Shown: positions 12,089 to 23,837 of the stretch, one piece after another
Layout of the letters: each line of letters opens with the position of its first letter
Position numbering within the stretch: position 1 is the stretch's first letter
Assembly (NCBI GenBank): GCA_964252035.1
Contig: OZ176204.1
Strand: one strand, 5' to 3'
Origin: Podarcis erhardii
Lineage: Eukaryota
Length of the DNA stretch: 64,000 nucleotides
Program-made: the position numbers and the translations under genes
Notes under the pieces: generated by a model
Database searches by the model: none
What the model was told of the DNA's origin: nothing
The model's input: the letters and a program-made list of their open reading frames with translations, nothing else

Positions 12089-15000
12089 GGACAGCAGCAG
12101 GTGCTTAGTCTCCAAGCAATGCACCCTCAGCAACCTTTGGTAAGTGGACGTGTTAATAATAGGCTTTGTTCTGGGGGCTCTGTACTGTTGGAACAACATG
12201 GAAAAACAGGGTGACGTAGCTAAGTAACTTTCCTTATCCCTGCCATCAATTTCTGGGTTCTTGGAGAGCAAGTGCAGGGTTGATAAGGGAAGTCGTGCTC
12301 CGTAAGTATCGAAAATGATCAGGTATGATGACCTTGAATTTCCATCTCTGGTTTGCAGGAAGGCAGAGTGAATCACCTATTGGAAATTGTGGAATTTATA
12401 TTTATTAATATAGCATTAGTATAAGTAGCAAGACAACTGTTTTCAATAGTATGCACCTAACTTTAGGGTGCATGATTCTTCAACATTTCCTTACAGCTGT
12501 GTTTTTCAACCAGTGTGTCGTGACACCCTGGGGTGCCTTGAATGATGGTCAGGGGTGCCGTGGGCAACACTGGCCTCTGTCCCTCTTTCCTTCCCTCCCT
12601 CCTCTGCTACCCCTCTCACGTCTCTGCCTCCCAAAGGCTTGCACAGCTGTTTGTTGCAGCAGCCCTGGCTACAAGCTCCCCAGGATGATCAGAGGCTGGC
12701 AAGGGGGTGCTTCCCAGGCCCCTGTGGGGCAGTGTGAGGAGGCACCTCTCTTTGCAGTGGGGCAGCTGAGAGACCAGGGGCGGCAGCAGCAGCTGCCCAG
12801 AGGACTCTCAAGGAGAGGGAAGAGGAGAGGAGTCTGAGGGAACCCTCCACAAGGGAGGGTGTTTGAAAAAGAGTGAGAGGCTGCCAGCTCTGCAGGCAAG
12901 GGGTGACATAACTGGGCTCCTGAACCCCACAGGGGTGCCGCAGAAATAATGTAGTTGGTCAAGGGAGCCATGGACTCAAAAATGTTGAAAACCTCTGCCT
13001 TACAGTACAAAGGAAAGGCTTTCTAATACTGCTAGCCTGTTTTGTGTAATACTTGCATAAAGACTCCCTCTGGTGGATAGTATAGCTGTGAATTCTGCTA
13101 CAGCTTTTACCTGGTTTAACTAAGATGTTTAAAATCAGATTACCTGTGATGGTACACAGAAATTAGATTTGCAATCTGTTGAATATGTTTCTCTTCTTAA
13201 TTAGTACCAGTCGGTATAGGCACTTCAGTAAAAGATACGTTGCAAGTTTTTAAATATGCAAGGACTGCCTCAATATAATCACAGGACATTTCCCAACGTT
13301 AGCATAACACAGGGATTACCTAACAGTCTAATTGCATATGATGTATTTGGTAACTTCCAGTCCTTCAAGACTATCAAAACAGTTTTATGAGTACGTTATT
13401 ATTAACATTGTGTTGCATAGTGACTGTACAGTCCCAAGTGTAATGGAAAACAGCTAGTTAGTATTGCGACAAAAAATAACTTACATGAAACTAAATCGTT
13501 GTGATTCTGTGGATTGAAGTAGAACATGCTGAAGAAGGAAAATGAAGCTGGTGAGCAGGAGAACTTACTTATTTTTATTTAGAAGAAACTATAAGCCACT
13601 TAATCAAAGAATCTCTAAGCAGCAAAGAGGACTTCCGGGTTGACGCGATCGGATTAATGGCGGATTCCCTCCGAGCTCCGGGGGGAATCGGCTCCGCTGA
13701 GAACGGATCTTGCCGCGCCGGCGACGCGGGGACCCTTAGAAACCACAGGTGCGGATACCTGTGGACTTGGTGACTCGGTGGGCACCTTAAGCGCCCTCCT
13801 CGACAGTCAAATAGCCTTTTTAAAGGCTGCGGAGAAGGTACGAGGAGTGGCGTGGTGCTGAGAGTAGACCGCTACCTCAGTGGAGTGAAGCCGCAAGCCA
13901 TTGCCGGAGAGCGTCAACTTTCTTCCCGACATTTGGACCGAAAGTAAACACCCCGTGAGTAAAGGAAATTCGAACTTTAAAAGAAATTTTATCCCTAATC
14001 TGGCGACCGGGGGGGATGTGCTAAAGGGAAGTCCGCACCCCCCCCCCATACAGACAATTTAAAGCAAGGAGCGAAAGCCTAAGATCAGAGAGAAATAATC
14101 TCGTGTCTTTTGGAGATTGACAGAGATTTTATCAATTTACGTGAACAAGTCGTTTTTTTTTCTAAGCTGTGCTGGAGGAAAGAGGAGAGTTTCAGAAAAT
14201 TTTTGTGTACCCCCCCCCCCGAACCCGGGAGTACCCTGTATCAGCCTAGCGCGAAAGAACAGGGTTTTGACAGCTGTCAAGTGAGCTGTCAAACGGCAGG
14301 ACTAAGAGAACTATTACTTTATATCTCTTGGATTTACAAAGTGTTATATTCAACTAGAAGTGGTTGGAAACAAAGTAAATAACGAGCTAAAAAGACTGTT
14401 GGTTTAGAACTTTAACAATGGCAATCCCTCTAGAGGGGACTGGAGACATTACAATGGCTGCAGAAGGAAAATTACTAGCAGAAATAGAAAGAGCCTTCTT
14501 TCTCGTGGGAACTTTACAAGAGCAAGCTATGATTATGGATAAACAGTTGATGACCTTGATCTCTAAGACAAGTAATCCTGCTGATGGAAGGAAGGAATTG
14601 ACTCTGGAAGATTCTGCAGCTGAACCAGAAAAGATATCTTTGGAGTTGGAGGAAAAACAGGTCGAAGGGGAGAAAGTACAGATGTTAAATTTCTTACAGG
14701 ACTCCTTGCAGCCAAGGAACAGAGAAGCCCTTTGGATGAGAGAATGGAGAGAGAAAAGCAAGGGAGGAAGCCGCTGGACACAATAAAATATGGGAAGTTA
14801 AAAAAATAAAGAAATATAACTGGGGCTTCCTCCTCTTTTCTGGATTTGATGACTTGGGACTTTGGGGACCTTTGGCAGAACCTTGGCACCAAGTCCTTCT
14901 AACTAGGATTGATCTGAGAAAGGATGAAGAGACCTCCCGAGACTTGAAGACCAATAAAATGGATTACCAACAGAACAGGCAGGGAGAGACTGAAATAGAC

Positions 15001-18000
15001 TTAAAGGCCTCCGACGTGAGAAATCCGGGCTAGAGATCTTAGAAGAGGACAGTTATTTTGGAAGGGACAGATACCTGGGCAGGGAGGGAAGGGGAAAAGT
15101 AGAATCTAAAATTTTAGGATTTTTGGGTTTTTTTCTTTATAATGTTGATTCACATTTTAATATAAAAAAGGGTAATTTTTGGTATAAGAATCTTGATTGA
15201 TCTTAGAATAAGGATCTAATGTATATAAGTAAAGGATTATTGAATTGGGCCTAACAAAAAGAATTAAATTTAAACATAATAAGAATAGGATTGGGGAAGG
15301 AAATAAGAACTTGCTGAATTTAATATGGAAATTGGGATGTATGGGGGGTGGGGGGTGGGGGGAAGTCAGGGAAAGAGGGTTATGAAAGTAAGGATATGAA
15401 ATCATTTATATGTCTCTGTGTGTGTTGTTATAAAATGTGAAAATCCAATAAAAATTTATATATATATAAAAAAGAATCTCTAAGCAAATGAGTATCGCTC
15501 TACATTAAAAAAAAAAGAAAAGACAACAGGTATGCATAACTTGTTTACATGTCCAGATTGGCTTGCTGAAACAGGCATCTAAAGCAGTGAGGGTTCCTGC
15601 CTAAAGTTAATAAATAGGGAGTTCCATTGCCGCCATACTGAAAACTCAAGCCCTTGTCTACATTTAGCAGCAGTTCTGTAGATGGAAGTGGTCAAGTTGC
15701 CACAAAGGGCACAAGGCAATTCCTCAAGTAAACTAGTCCCAAGCTTTCTCGTGTACACGTCATCTGTAAAAATTTTCAATGATTTTTACTGTATGTACAC
15801 ATCTGTAAACAGTTGTGAACGCTGAGGAACAACAGAAAAGTAAATCTCCGATTAAATTTTGCAAGCACTGCTTATAAAGACTAGCGGTTTAGACTGGAGA
15901 GCGAAATAACTGCCACAGCCCTGAATTCAGTGTATTAAAAAAGAGCATAATAAATTCCAAGCACTGTCATATAATGCAAACTTGAACGTTCACAAAGTAT
16001 GAGGAGGAGCTGGCTAGAATAAATTAGACACTCTGGAACACTCACAGATCTATCCAGGAAGAAGTGATAACTCCCAGGACAAACTCAGGGTACGGAGAGA
16101 AGGAAACCTTCAAAACAAGTATGGGGGGGGGGGGACAAGTATCTGGGAAATTACTGAGATGGTTCATTAGCAAGTTCTCAAACCCAGTAACAGGTGATTA
16201 GAAAAAGCAGGAATACAGGCTACTGGAAGGAAGAAGTGGAGAACAGTATCAGCATCTTTCTCTGGTCTGACTGGAGGTGAAAATCCTAGAGGTTGAGGAG
16301 TAGGGAGCATTCTGGGCCCTGGCTACTTTTTCTTTTTCTTTATTAACAAAAAGCAGTATATCCAGTACAGTATAAGTGGTTTGTTGGGAAACTGCCATCC
16401 CCTTTCAATTGCCTAAAGTTTGCTCATGCTTTTTGGAGGCTTTGCATGGTAGCTTGCTGGATTCCTATAGGTGGTGGGGCATGCTAGCAATTATTGCACA
16501 TGCTCAAGTAACCAAGGGGTTGTAGTGGCCCAGTGGTCAGAGGTCCTCTCCCAAATCTCCCCTGAATTCTGAATGTTCACATGTCCCATCTACTGAATAT
16601 ATATTCAGGGTGACAGATTTTCCGTGCCATTTCATCAGTAGCGGAGAGCTTCTAAATTTCACATTGAGTTATGAGATATCACATGTGCTTCCAGAGCACA
16701 AAGGAAGGTTCATCCTGCTCAGGCACACACAACATCTATCATCCTCGTCCTACTAGTGTGAATGCCAGCTGTCACAGCATTATTTTGCTCTTTGCCTTGT
16801 CCAGACTCACTAAATGCCTGCCAACACTAATTGCTTGCACATTTCCATCAATAGACCAGTTTAAAGTATTATTTAAACTAACTTCGTATAATCCTATGTG
16901 ATAAATACTGCACAGAATGAAATCCCTCTACAAGGCAAGAGTCCTTGAACCTTCAAAGTTTTGCATCTTTGTGCTCCTAAACCTACAGCAGAAGCAAAGG
17001 AGGCTGAACTGGAACTTTTCAATTAGTTGTTATATTGGTTTAGTTTCCTCCTGAGGATAATATATTCTTTCAAGCACATAGAATTGCATCACCAGTTGGG
17101 AAACAAGAACCAAGCTTGTGCAAACAGAGCTAAATTAAATACAGTGGTATTATTTATGGACACGATCCATTCCGGGGTGCCGTTCGCACCCCAAAAAGTC
17201 TGTAAGTAGAGTGCCGCTTCTGCGCGTGACGTGATAGAGTGCTCCTGTGCATGCATGACGCACACAAATTGCTCCTGCACATGTGCAAAGCGGCGAACCC
17301 GGAAGTAAACACTTCCGGGTTGGCCCTGTTCGTAACCAGAAAAATGCAACATGAAGCAAACATAACTCAAGGTATGACTATAGTAGAGAATTTAAGACTA
17401 GAGGCCCCACCTTTCTCTGCCTCCGTGCCCACGGTCACTGTGCTATTTCAGAGACTGCATTATTTGTCTCTATTGAAAGGATAAATTATGTTCTCATTGG
17501 CATCTTTCTTTGTAGTTGTTTTTCTGTTGTCTATTTGATAGCTTTGTTTTGATTGTTCTGTCAATCTGTTTTGCAAAGCTATAAAGCACTAATCCAATGT
17601 AAGTAGGTAGGTTTGGGCATCTAACCATTTCATCTGCTCCTCTAAGTCCTGCTTTCCCAACAGAAGTGTACATATTTCAATGTATAATTTTGGAACAAGT
17701 TATTAACCATTAGATTATTATTATTATTATTTACATGGTTAAAGTATTTCCGATGCCAAAATGCCCTTATCAGTTGCAGTCGGTCAAATGTAATGATAGC
17801 CGAGGTAAGGCAAAGAAGCAAAATTGCACAGTGACCTATCTGATCTAAAGGGTTTTTTTGGTATTCATTGTCCTACCAGAAGCCCTTTGGGCTACCATTT
17901 GCTGCCTTCTCCTCTTTCCTGGGAGTAGGTCTTGGCTGTCCTGTTCTAATATCCCACCTTGCTCACATAGGTTTGTTAAACAACCCAACCCACTTCTGGA

Positions 18001-21000
18001 CTCTTCCATTTTTATTTTTTATTCAAAGCTGTACTGCATTCTTTACATAGATTAGTGTAGAAGGTAACTTTTTTGCTGAATATAAAATTGGAGTTTAAGG
18101 AATGCAGGGGTTTCCCTGCCCTGCTTGTCTGTGGGAACGGTTCTGGCTTACATTGAAAGGTTTGGGGTTCCGTTTGGTAATCCTTAATTCCTTATCTTTA
18201 GTTTTACTTGTGTAAAATAATGTGTCTATTGTTTGTAGGAGCTTATACTGTGAAAAGGACCCCTTGTTCACTCTGGCATATGTGTGGTGGGAAAAGGGGC
18301 ATGCAGATACCGGAAAATGTCAGTACTGTCAGGAGTTCGGCCTACCCTTGAGTAGGACCCTGGCAGAGACACATGCCCGATCGTTCGGGAGCTTCATAAG
18401 CTTTCTTCAGCCCGAACATCACAGCGACTGATGCCAACCGACACCGGCACACTTAGGGATCCACAGAGTTTGCGCAACTTGCGTGTGACAGACCTCAGCA
18501 ACTGAGCATTTTGGCTAATCTACTTTATTTACATATAAACACACACGGAGCACTGCAACATGGCTCCCTCTCTCTATAGCATCAGACAGCAAAGAGAGAA
18601 AGAACAAAGGACAATAGTCCCACTTCATGGAACACAGTAACACAAACATCCTGTCACTTCCCACTCTGTGGAGTCAAAACATACTCCGCCATGTGAAAGA
18701 CAACAATCCTATGACTGCAATCATAGAGCAGAAATTCTAACAAGTACGGCATCACAAGAAAACCTGGGACACAGGGATGAAATGTCTCATATGAGTTCCA
18801 CCAAGTGGAGCTGCGTTCCCTCAAGTAGAGTAGCCACTTAACATGTTGCCAGAGACAAGGAAGTGCTGCACCCAAAAACTGGGCAGAAAAATGGCACGTG
18901 GAGTTGGATATTTTGTTGTTAATCCTACATATAGGATTGGATTCCAGCTGGTATCATCCAACATGGCCAGTGTTCAGGCATGATGGGCAATGTAGTCCAA
19001 GAATAATTAGAGGGCCCCTTTGTTAACCCCTTATTTATAGCATTAGTTCAAGCATTAAAACTGAGCCCCCTCTCCCTACTCATTTGCTTGAAAAGCCTCT
19101 GGAAAGAGTTTGTGGAGGCAGTTCAAAGCCCTTGAAATATCTGACTTTAAATTTCAGGACGTGAATTTATTCATCCTGAAAACTTAACACATCTATGGCA
19201 ACTGCCTAAACATAGGCAGTAAATCAAACCAAAAGAGCACATTAGGCACATGTTGTAGTTTTAAGATACAAATGTTCTTTGCATTTTTTATTTATTTTTG
19301 GCCCGCTGTAAAATAGTAAAAATACTTTTTTCCCATTAAGTTGTCATGCCGGCCTCCCTACTGATCTGCACCCAATAATGAAAAATGCAATTCTGAAGAT
19401 GTCCAGAGAAAACTGTAATTCTCAAGAATGATAAAGCAAATCTGTATATTAGACTTACGGGGATAACATATGGTAAACAGGCATTAGACAGAGTTTCCAT
19501 TTATTTGTCAGGGCAGCCGAACTCTTTTTAAAGCATTTGGCAGGTTACTTGCAAGGAACAAGCTTCAAATCTAATTTATGTCTCGGTCAAACTTTTATTG
19601 TTAAACTGTTATTTTAATAAATCTTCACCAATTGTATAGCCAAAATATGCACTATCAGGTTTTACTTCGGGTTTCAGGAAAGGTATCATGCAGCAAGAAT
19701 TACATACCCCAGAAATAATGTAACTGGGATTGGGGGTGTTTCCCTGACAGTTGGACATAACAGAACTGTGTTATTATCCACATCTATGTTGTGTTAAATA
19801 AGGAGGTGTAGGACAGCAAGTACATTTTATAGAAACGGTTCCTTCAATCAGAATTTCATGAAATTCATATTCTGACTGCAAAGAGCACAGATTTCTATGG
19901 AAGGGATCTTCTGGCCCTTCAGAATCAGGTTAGCCTGCATTGCTCAACAACACTACAACATCCATGGCTCAGTGAGATTGTGAGTGAACAATACTTGAGA
20001 GCTTCAGCAGTTTGCATAACATTAATCATAAAGGCTGCTGACTCTCATGCATGCACACATTTCATGCACAGTTGGGCTGCATGGTAGAGACTGACATGCA
20101 AAAGGATCAAACATGCTCTAATGAAAGAGGTATGTATGTATACTGGCCAACCTTTCCACCTGAGAACCCTTTGCACTGTCTTATATTAGCTTTATTTTTA
20201 CAGAAATATCTCTGTTTTCTTTTCCAACTCAGCTTGCATTTCCCCTTTAAAGTTCATTTGCATACATGATACCTGATATATAGTGGGTTTTATTTTCTTT
20301 ACTAGCTTCATAATATGTACACATGCCTCCAGCAGCTGAACATTTCCTCTGTATAACTGAAGGAATATGAATGTATAATTTATTATTTGGATGTATGGAA
20401 AACATTATTAGCTAGATGAGAATGTAGGCTTCTAAACTTCCAACAAAATACTGGGAACACAGCTCCAGTTGCTGAACCCTCCAACAACTTGAAAGAACAA
20501 TTCCAGAGGGATCCATTATCTTCTGAATGAACATAGGAAAAAGATGCTAAAGCTTGAACTTTCTAATTTTCTTTCTTAGAAAACAAAATAGAAAAGAGTA
20601 CCAAGCGATCCCTTATTCCAGCACTCCAAAATACATGTGCAATTTCATGCCAGGGTCATTCAGATTGTTGGCTAAACATCTAAGGCACAGAGCATCAAAT
20701 GTTATATTTTTATCAGTATTGCATGTGTAAAGTTTTATCACCATCACCATCATACTTTACATAGGATAAAATGTCTGAAGGACCTAAAGCTTTGTCCATA
20801 GAAATCTGTGGATCTGTGAATTCTTACTAGGAGGGGAGCAGAATTTTGTTGTATGTACATTTATTGTTCACCCTTGGAGTATGTGGAGGCCGATAAGCAT
20901 TCTTTAAATGGTTTAAGAGATGATCCCTTGTCAGGAATCATGACCATCTATTGATGAGAAGGGCAGTTTACCCCAGCTGGTTAAAGCCAGTCTAGCTGCA

Positions 21001-23837
21001 GGTGTTTTTTTTTTACCTTACAGCTCTGTGGTCCTTTTTAAGGAGCGCACTGTGTATCGCTGTTAACTTAGCATATTCTCTGCACAATGCTGAACAAACT
21101 GGGCTGGAGTCAGCTCCCCAAGTCCAGTACTCTGGAGAAAACATGGGTTTTCAAGGTTTTCTGATTCACAAGGGCATCGCAACATTTTGGCATAATCTTT
21201 CTCTTTCCTCCAGTCATCCTGAGTTGTCAGTCCTATTTTCCCCCATCCCTGGCTCCCCTTCTAGGTTCTTGGACTTGTTTGGAGAAACTAATTGGGGGGG
21301 GGGGGTGTTCATGCAGTGTCCAAGAGAATTATTTGCAACTACCTGTCTCTAAATCCAGTGTCTCCAAATCCAGTGTAGGCTTGAGGAACTACCCCATCAA
21401 CCTCAGTTTGCCCTCAGCCAGCCCCTACCTGTCTGGCTTCTTTCTTAAGACCACCACTTTCTGCTTCCAGCTGAGAATGTGAGAAGTTTTGCTCTTGTGT
21501 GACAGAGATGGCAAGAGACTGTACCACTTCCCTCTCAGGTACATGGCTAGAGCCAGCAATGACAGACCTGAACAGCATTGGATTTGCTGATGCCTTAATC
21601 CAGGGACAGCCCCGATTTAGTTAAGCCATCCCAGTTTCTGATTTGATCCCCAAATGTCCCACTATTCCTTAGGATGTTCCTATTTTCATGGGAGAAATAT
21701 GGAGTTATCCGATCCTTAAGCCGTCTGAAGGCAATCCTGTTTAGGGAAGTTTTATTAATGTTTAATGTTTTATTGTGTTTTTATATATACTGGAAGCTGC
21801 CCAGAGTGACTGGGGCAACCCAGTAAGATGTGTGGGGTATAAATAGTAAAATCATCATTATGGAATGGGACATCCCTATTTTCATCGGAGAAATGTTGGA
21901 GGGTATGTTTTTATATTGCATTTTCCTGTGAGTAAAAGAGGGCTGCCTCTTCACTCACATGATTCTTACACCCAAGCTGTTCTACACAGCAATATCTTCA
22001 CCAAAACAGGTGTGGCCCAGTATCCTCGCACTAATGCACTGATCAACCTGAATTGAATTGAGATTGGAAGTCTGGTCTCCCAGGCCAAGCCAATTGTTTC
22101 ACATGGATTCCTCCAAGGGGAGGAGAAGAGAAGTTTGGTTTCAGTCACAGATTTCATGTGCAAGCTAGACTAGAATGAAAGGGTTATTTCTTATTACTCT
22201 CATAAGTGGCATCTTCCTTCTCTGGCTGGCAAGAATACATTGCAGGCATTGTAGGTATACCTGCTAGTGTGTTGCTGATTATTTTTTTCTGGTGTTGAAT
22301 ATTGCAGTTTCCAAGACAAGGCTTGCAGCAGACACAACAGCAACAACAGACGGCTGCCCTTGTCAGACAACTCCAAAAACAGCTGTCAAGTAAGTATGCA
22401 GCACTGGATAAAGTATTTTGTGTTTCTACAGCTGGGAAGTATATTTTCTGCCAGTTAACTTTCCGCAAGTAATAAATATTGATGTAGTCAGTTCTGGTTT
22501 AAAGTAGTTTAGTTTGTGATAAGGCCTTATAACCTGAAAATTGCCACGTGCATGGATGCTGTTGATCAGTAGGGGTAGGTCTGGGTACTGGATATGATCT
22601 GCCACGGATGTACATCTAAGTTGTATAGCTCACACCCAGAATACTCAAAATAGTTGGTCAAACTTTTAAAACCGGTTTAACTGGCAAGTGTTTGTGAGAG
22701 AAGCAACTGAGTAACTTGCCCTTCTCCAGGGCTACAGTTCCCAAAAGAGAGGAATTGGTACAGGCATTCCTAGTTTTGTGGAGGAGCTTCCGTTCCAGAC
22801 CTCTACATGTGTCATCAGAGCACACAAAAGCCCATTCTGCCCAGCTTCGCCGCATTCCACCCCTACCCTGCTCCTGCTGCCCCCCTTTTCATGACGACAT
22901 GGGCTTACTTCCAGATTTGGTGCCATGCGTGTATGTGCAATTGTGCATCATTTGGATGTGCCTAAACTGGGAGTTGCCTGTATTTTATAAGGAGGGAAGC
23001 CAGGGCAGTGAAACCAGACACTTGCAAGCCACGAAATGTGCTGATTTTTTTGGTTCTAAATCACACAACTTCTACAGATCAAGCCATTACCAGCCATATG
23101 TAGCAGTCCTTGGTTTTGCTACCTGTTTGGCACTGCAAAAAATCAAATCAAATCAGGGTGAGGTTGTCAAGCACATGACAAACCACAACACATGGGTGAT
23201 GGCCAGTGTCATGGGCTACATGTTCAACTGCCCTGCTTTACATTTATCATAATTCTGTGGCAGCAACTCTCTGACACAGCATCCTCAGGTGCCATTTGTT
23301 TGCAACAGGGCTTTGATGGTCAGACCTTACACTTGATGAAGATTTTTGTTAGCGATAAGACATCCATCACATTCATGGGAAATATGGTCCACTGAAATGT
23401 TCGTTTGTAGGATCACCACTAGGTGTGATTCTAGGTGGCTGTTGAAGCTAAGGCACTTTCACGCCATAGGTTTCAAATGCCTTGATACCACTTTAAACAG
23501 TCATGGCTTTCCCCGCAAAGATTTCTGGGAACTGTAGTTTAAGGGTGCTGAGAGTTGTTCAGTGACCTCTATTCCCCATTAAATAACCGAAAACGCAGAG
23601 TTGTAATGTATTTGGTTTGGGTACTGTTTGCCACCAGTTTATCTAAACTCGCCAATACGTTCTTTTTGAAATCAGTGGGGCTCCTCTGCACATTAACCCG
23701 GCATTAAATCTCATTGACTTCAGTAACTTGGCACAGGATTTTAACATTTGGGCATGTTCTCCCCCCTCCACCCCCATTTCCTAGGTAACCAGCCACAGCA
23801 AGGTGTGAATCCATATGGCCATCCTTCAAACTTCTGA
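966..23837 (+). CDS. MED12L: MED12L (Mediator subunit 12-like), 3' part of gene: last 8 coding exons, span
   Basis: Spliced translation DYPQNNVYRVPPNYSP...GSRLDPANSFVPSNTKQVLSNMLQRRSG...[44 protein letters not shown] closely matches the recalled human MED12L C-terminus. Exon phases are consistent throughout, and the gene neighbours IGSF10 as in human. Confidence 0.95.
1482..1650. other. Assembly gap (169 N)
   Basis: Run of N in a MED12L intron. Confidence 1.
1817..1866. repeat. (TATC)n microsatellite just upstream of a MED12L splice acceptor
   Basis: Directly visible tandem repeat. Confidence 0.95.
1883..2112 (+). CDS. MED12L: MED12L internal exon with Q6 and Q14 tracts (3' end uncertain: GC donor at 2113, or 2127 with no GT)
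   Basis: Acceptor ttcacag|GT GGC TCC AGA TTG GAC; reads GSRLDPANSFVPSNTKQVLSNMLQRRSGTMMQPP...RLLRQQAQ. No GT occurs between the Q14 tract and the in-frame TGA at 2161; CAG|gcaagg is in phase 0, matching the next exon. Confidence 0.8.
2690..3720 (-). mobile_element. Degenerate CR1 LINE fragments
   Basis: Contains the CR1 3'-region motif (gaaggcgagatcacctccttccaagggagtc...cagctcttactgtcagaaattc) and further decayed CR1-like pieces. Confidence 0.5.
3823..4070 (-). mobile_element. Sauria SINE, 5'-truncated
   Basis: Reverse complement of the Sauria SINE body and tail; 10-bp TSD GCTAATGGTA at 3813-3822 and 4071-4080. Confidence 0.9.
5015..5104 (+). CDS. MED12L: MED12L internal exon (GPTIDQAALFAQQIRPASQLPQYPGIQQTQ)
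   Basis: tttttgcag|GGT ... CAG|gtacat; 90 nt, phase 0-0; homologous to recalled human GQPGDQAALF..PQLPQYPG. Confidence 0.92.
5924..6144 (+). CDS. MED12L: MED12L internal exon (TIPHGYTMYSTQMPLQ...PQPLTGNQR)
   Basis: tcgtgcag|ACT ... CG|gtaaga; phase 0-2; lies within ORF 5903-6148. Confidence 0.93.
6531..6810 (+). mobile_element. L2-clade LINE 3' end with (TAC)n tail
   Basis: Remnant ORF2 C-terminus QRALSVVAPALWNT..; 3' UTR ctgcccagagt..ggggtataaat shared with three other copies in the window. Confidence 0.75.
8194..8538 (+). mobile_element. Sauria SINE, near full length
   Basis: taaaccactgagcctagggcttgccgatcagaagg...cagggggtcctttatctttacc; matches the 63106 copy. Confidence 0.9.
8962..9960 (-). 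mobile_element. CR1 LINE 3' fragment, interrupted by a SINE at 9072-9324
   Basis: Remnant RT C-terminus MSQQCDAAAKKVNAILGCINRSIVSR...LKELGVFNLDKRRLRG and the (ATTCTAT)n CR1 tail at about 8962. Confidence 0.85.
9072..9324 (+). mobile_element. tRNA-derived SINE (Squam3-like) with (CTT)n tail
   Basis: GGAGAGCCAGTGTGGTGTAGTGGTTAAGAG head with A/B-box-like motifs, core-like body and ending gggatatcaaatccaaac(tct)n. Confidence 0.75.
10561..10717 (+). CDS. MED12L: MED12L internal exon (LSHQPLQQNPLVGG...IRQQRLLQ)
   Basis: tttgctcag|A TTG ... CAG|gtttga; 157 nt, phase 2-0. Confidence 0.92.
11275..11524. mobile_element. Tc1/mariner-type MITE (TA TSD)
   Basis: TA|CAGTCGTATCTTGG ... CCATGGTATGACTG|TA; internal palindrome ggcttctgattggctgca/tgcagccaatcagaagcc. 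Confidence 0.8.
12038..12139 (+). CDS. MED12L: MED12L internal exon with Q16 tract (LQ16GQQQVLSLQAMHPQQPL)
   Basis: tttttgcag|TTG ... TTG|gtaagt; 102 nt, phase 0-0. Confidence 0.92.
12497..12997. mobile_element. hAT-type non-autonomous DNA transposon
   Basis: Perfect 8-bp TSD CCTTACAG at 12489-12496 and 12998-13005; imperfect TIRs ctgtgtttttcaac / gttgaaaacctctg. Confidence 0.85.
13622..15470 (+). mobile_element. Non-autonomous L1-like retroelement (about 1.85 kb) with an internal ORF and no RT
   Basis: 16-bp TSD AAAGAATCTCTAAGCA at 13606-13621 and 15471-15486; CpG-rich 5' end; G-rich 3' UTR; AATAAA at 15447 followed by an A/TA-rich tail. Confidence 0.85.
14418..15033 (+). pseudogene. Frameshifted ORF of the retroelement (about 205 codons, charged and helical; possible ORF1-like protein)
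   Basis: ATG ORF 14418-14786 overlaps a +1-frame open stretch 14740-15033 (TAG); one frameshift in the GA-rich run joins them. Confidence 0.5.
17142..17380. mobile_element. Tc1/mariner-type MITE, degenerate
   Basis: TA|CAGTGGTAT ... AAGGTATGACTA|TA; internal hairpin aacccggaagt/acttccgggtt; CpG-rich relative to flanks. Confidence 0.65.
18327..18742 (-). mobile_element. Solo LTR (416 bp)
   Basis: TGTCAG...CTAACA termini, 5-bp TSD AGTAC at 18322-18326 and 18743-18747, and AATAAA on the minus strand at 18524-18529. Confidence 0.8.
21712..21860 (+). mobile_element. L2-clade LINE 3' end
   Basis: ctgaaggcaatcctgtttaggg...ctgcccagagtgactggggcaacccag...ggggtataaat; same family as the 6531 copy. 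Confidence 0.7.
22308..22389 (+). CDS. MED12L: MED12L penultimate exon ([27 protein letters not shown])
   Basis: attgcag|TTT CCA AGA ... TCA A|gtaagt; 82 nt; the motif is conserved in MED12/MED12L. Confidence 0.95.
23785..23837 (+). CDS. MED12L: MED12L last coding exon ([17 protein letters not shown])
   Basis: catttcctag|GT AAC CAG ... TTC TGA; matches the recalled human terminus [17 protein letters not shown]. Confidence 0.93.

Noticed and set aside
1-23837. Nested P2RY12/P2RY13/GPR87-type GPCR genes known from MED12L introns
   Set aside because: No 7-TM ORF of about 330-360 aa is present on either strand in this window; they would lie further upstream.
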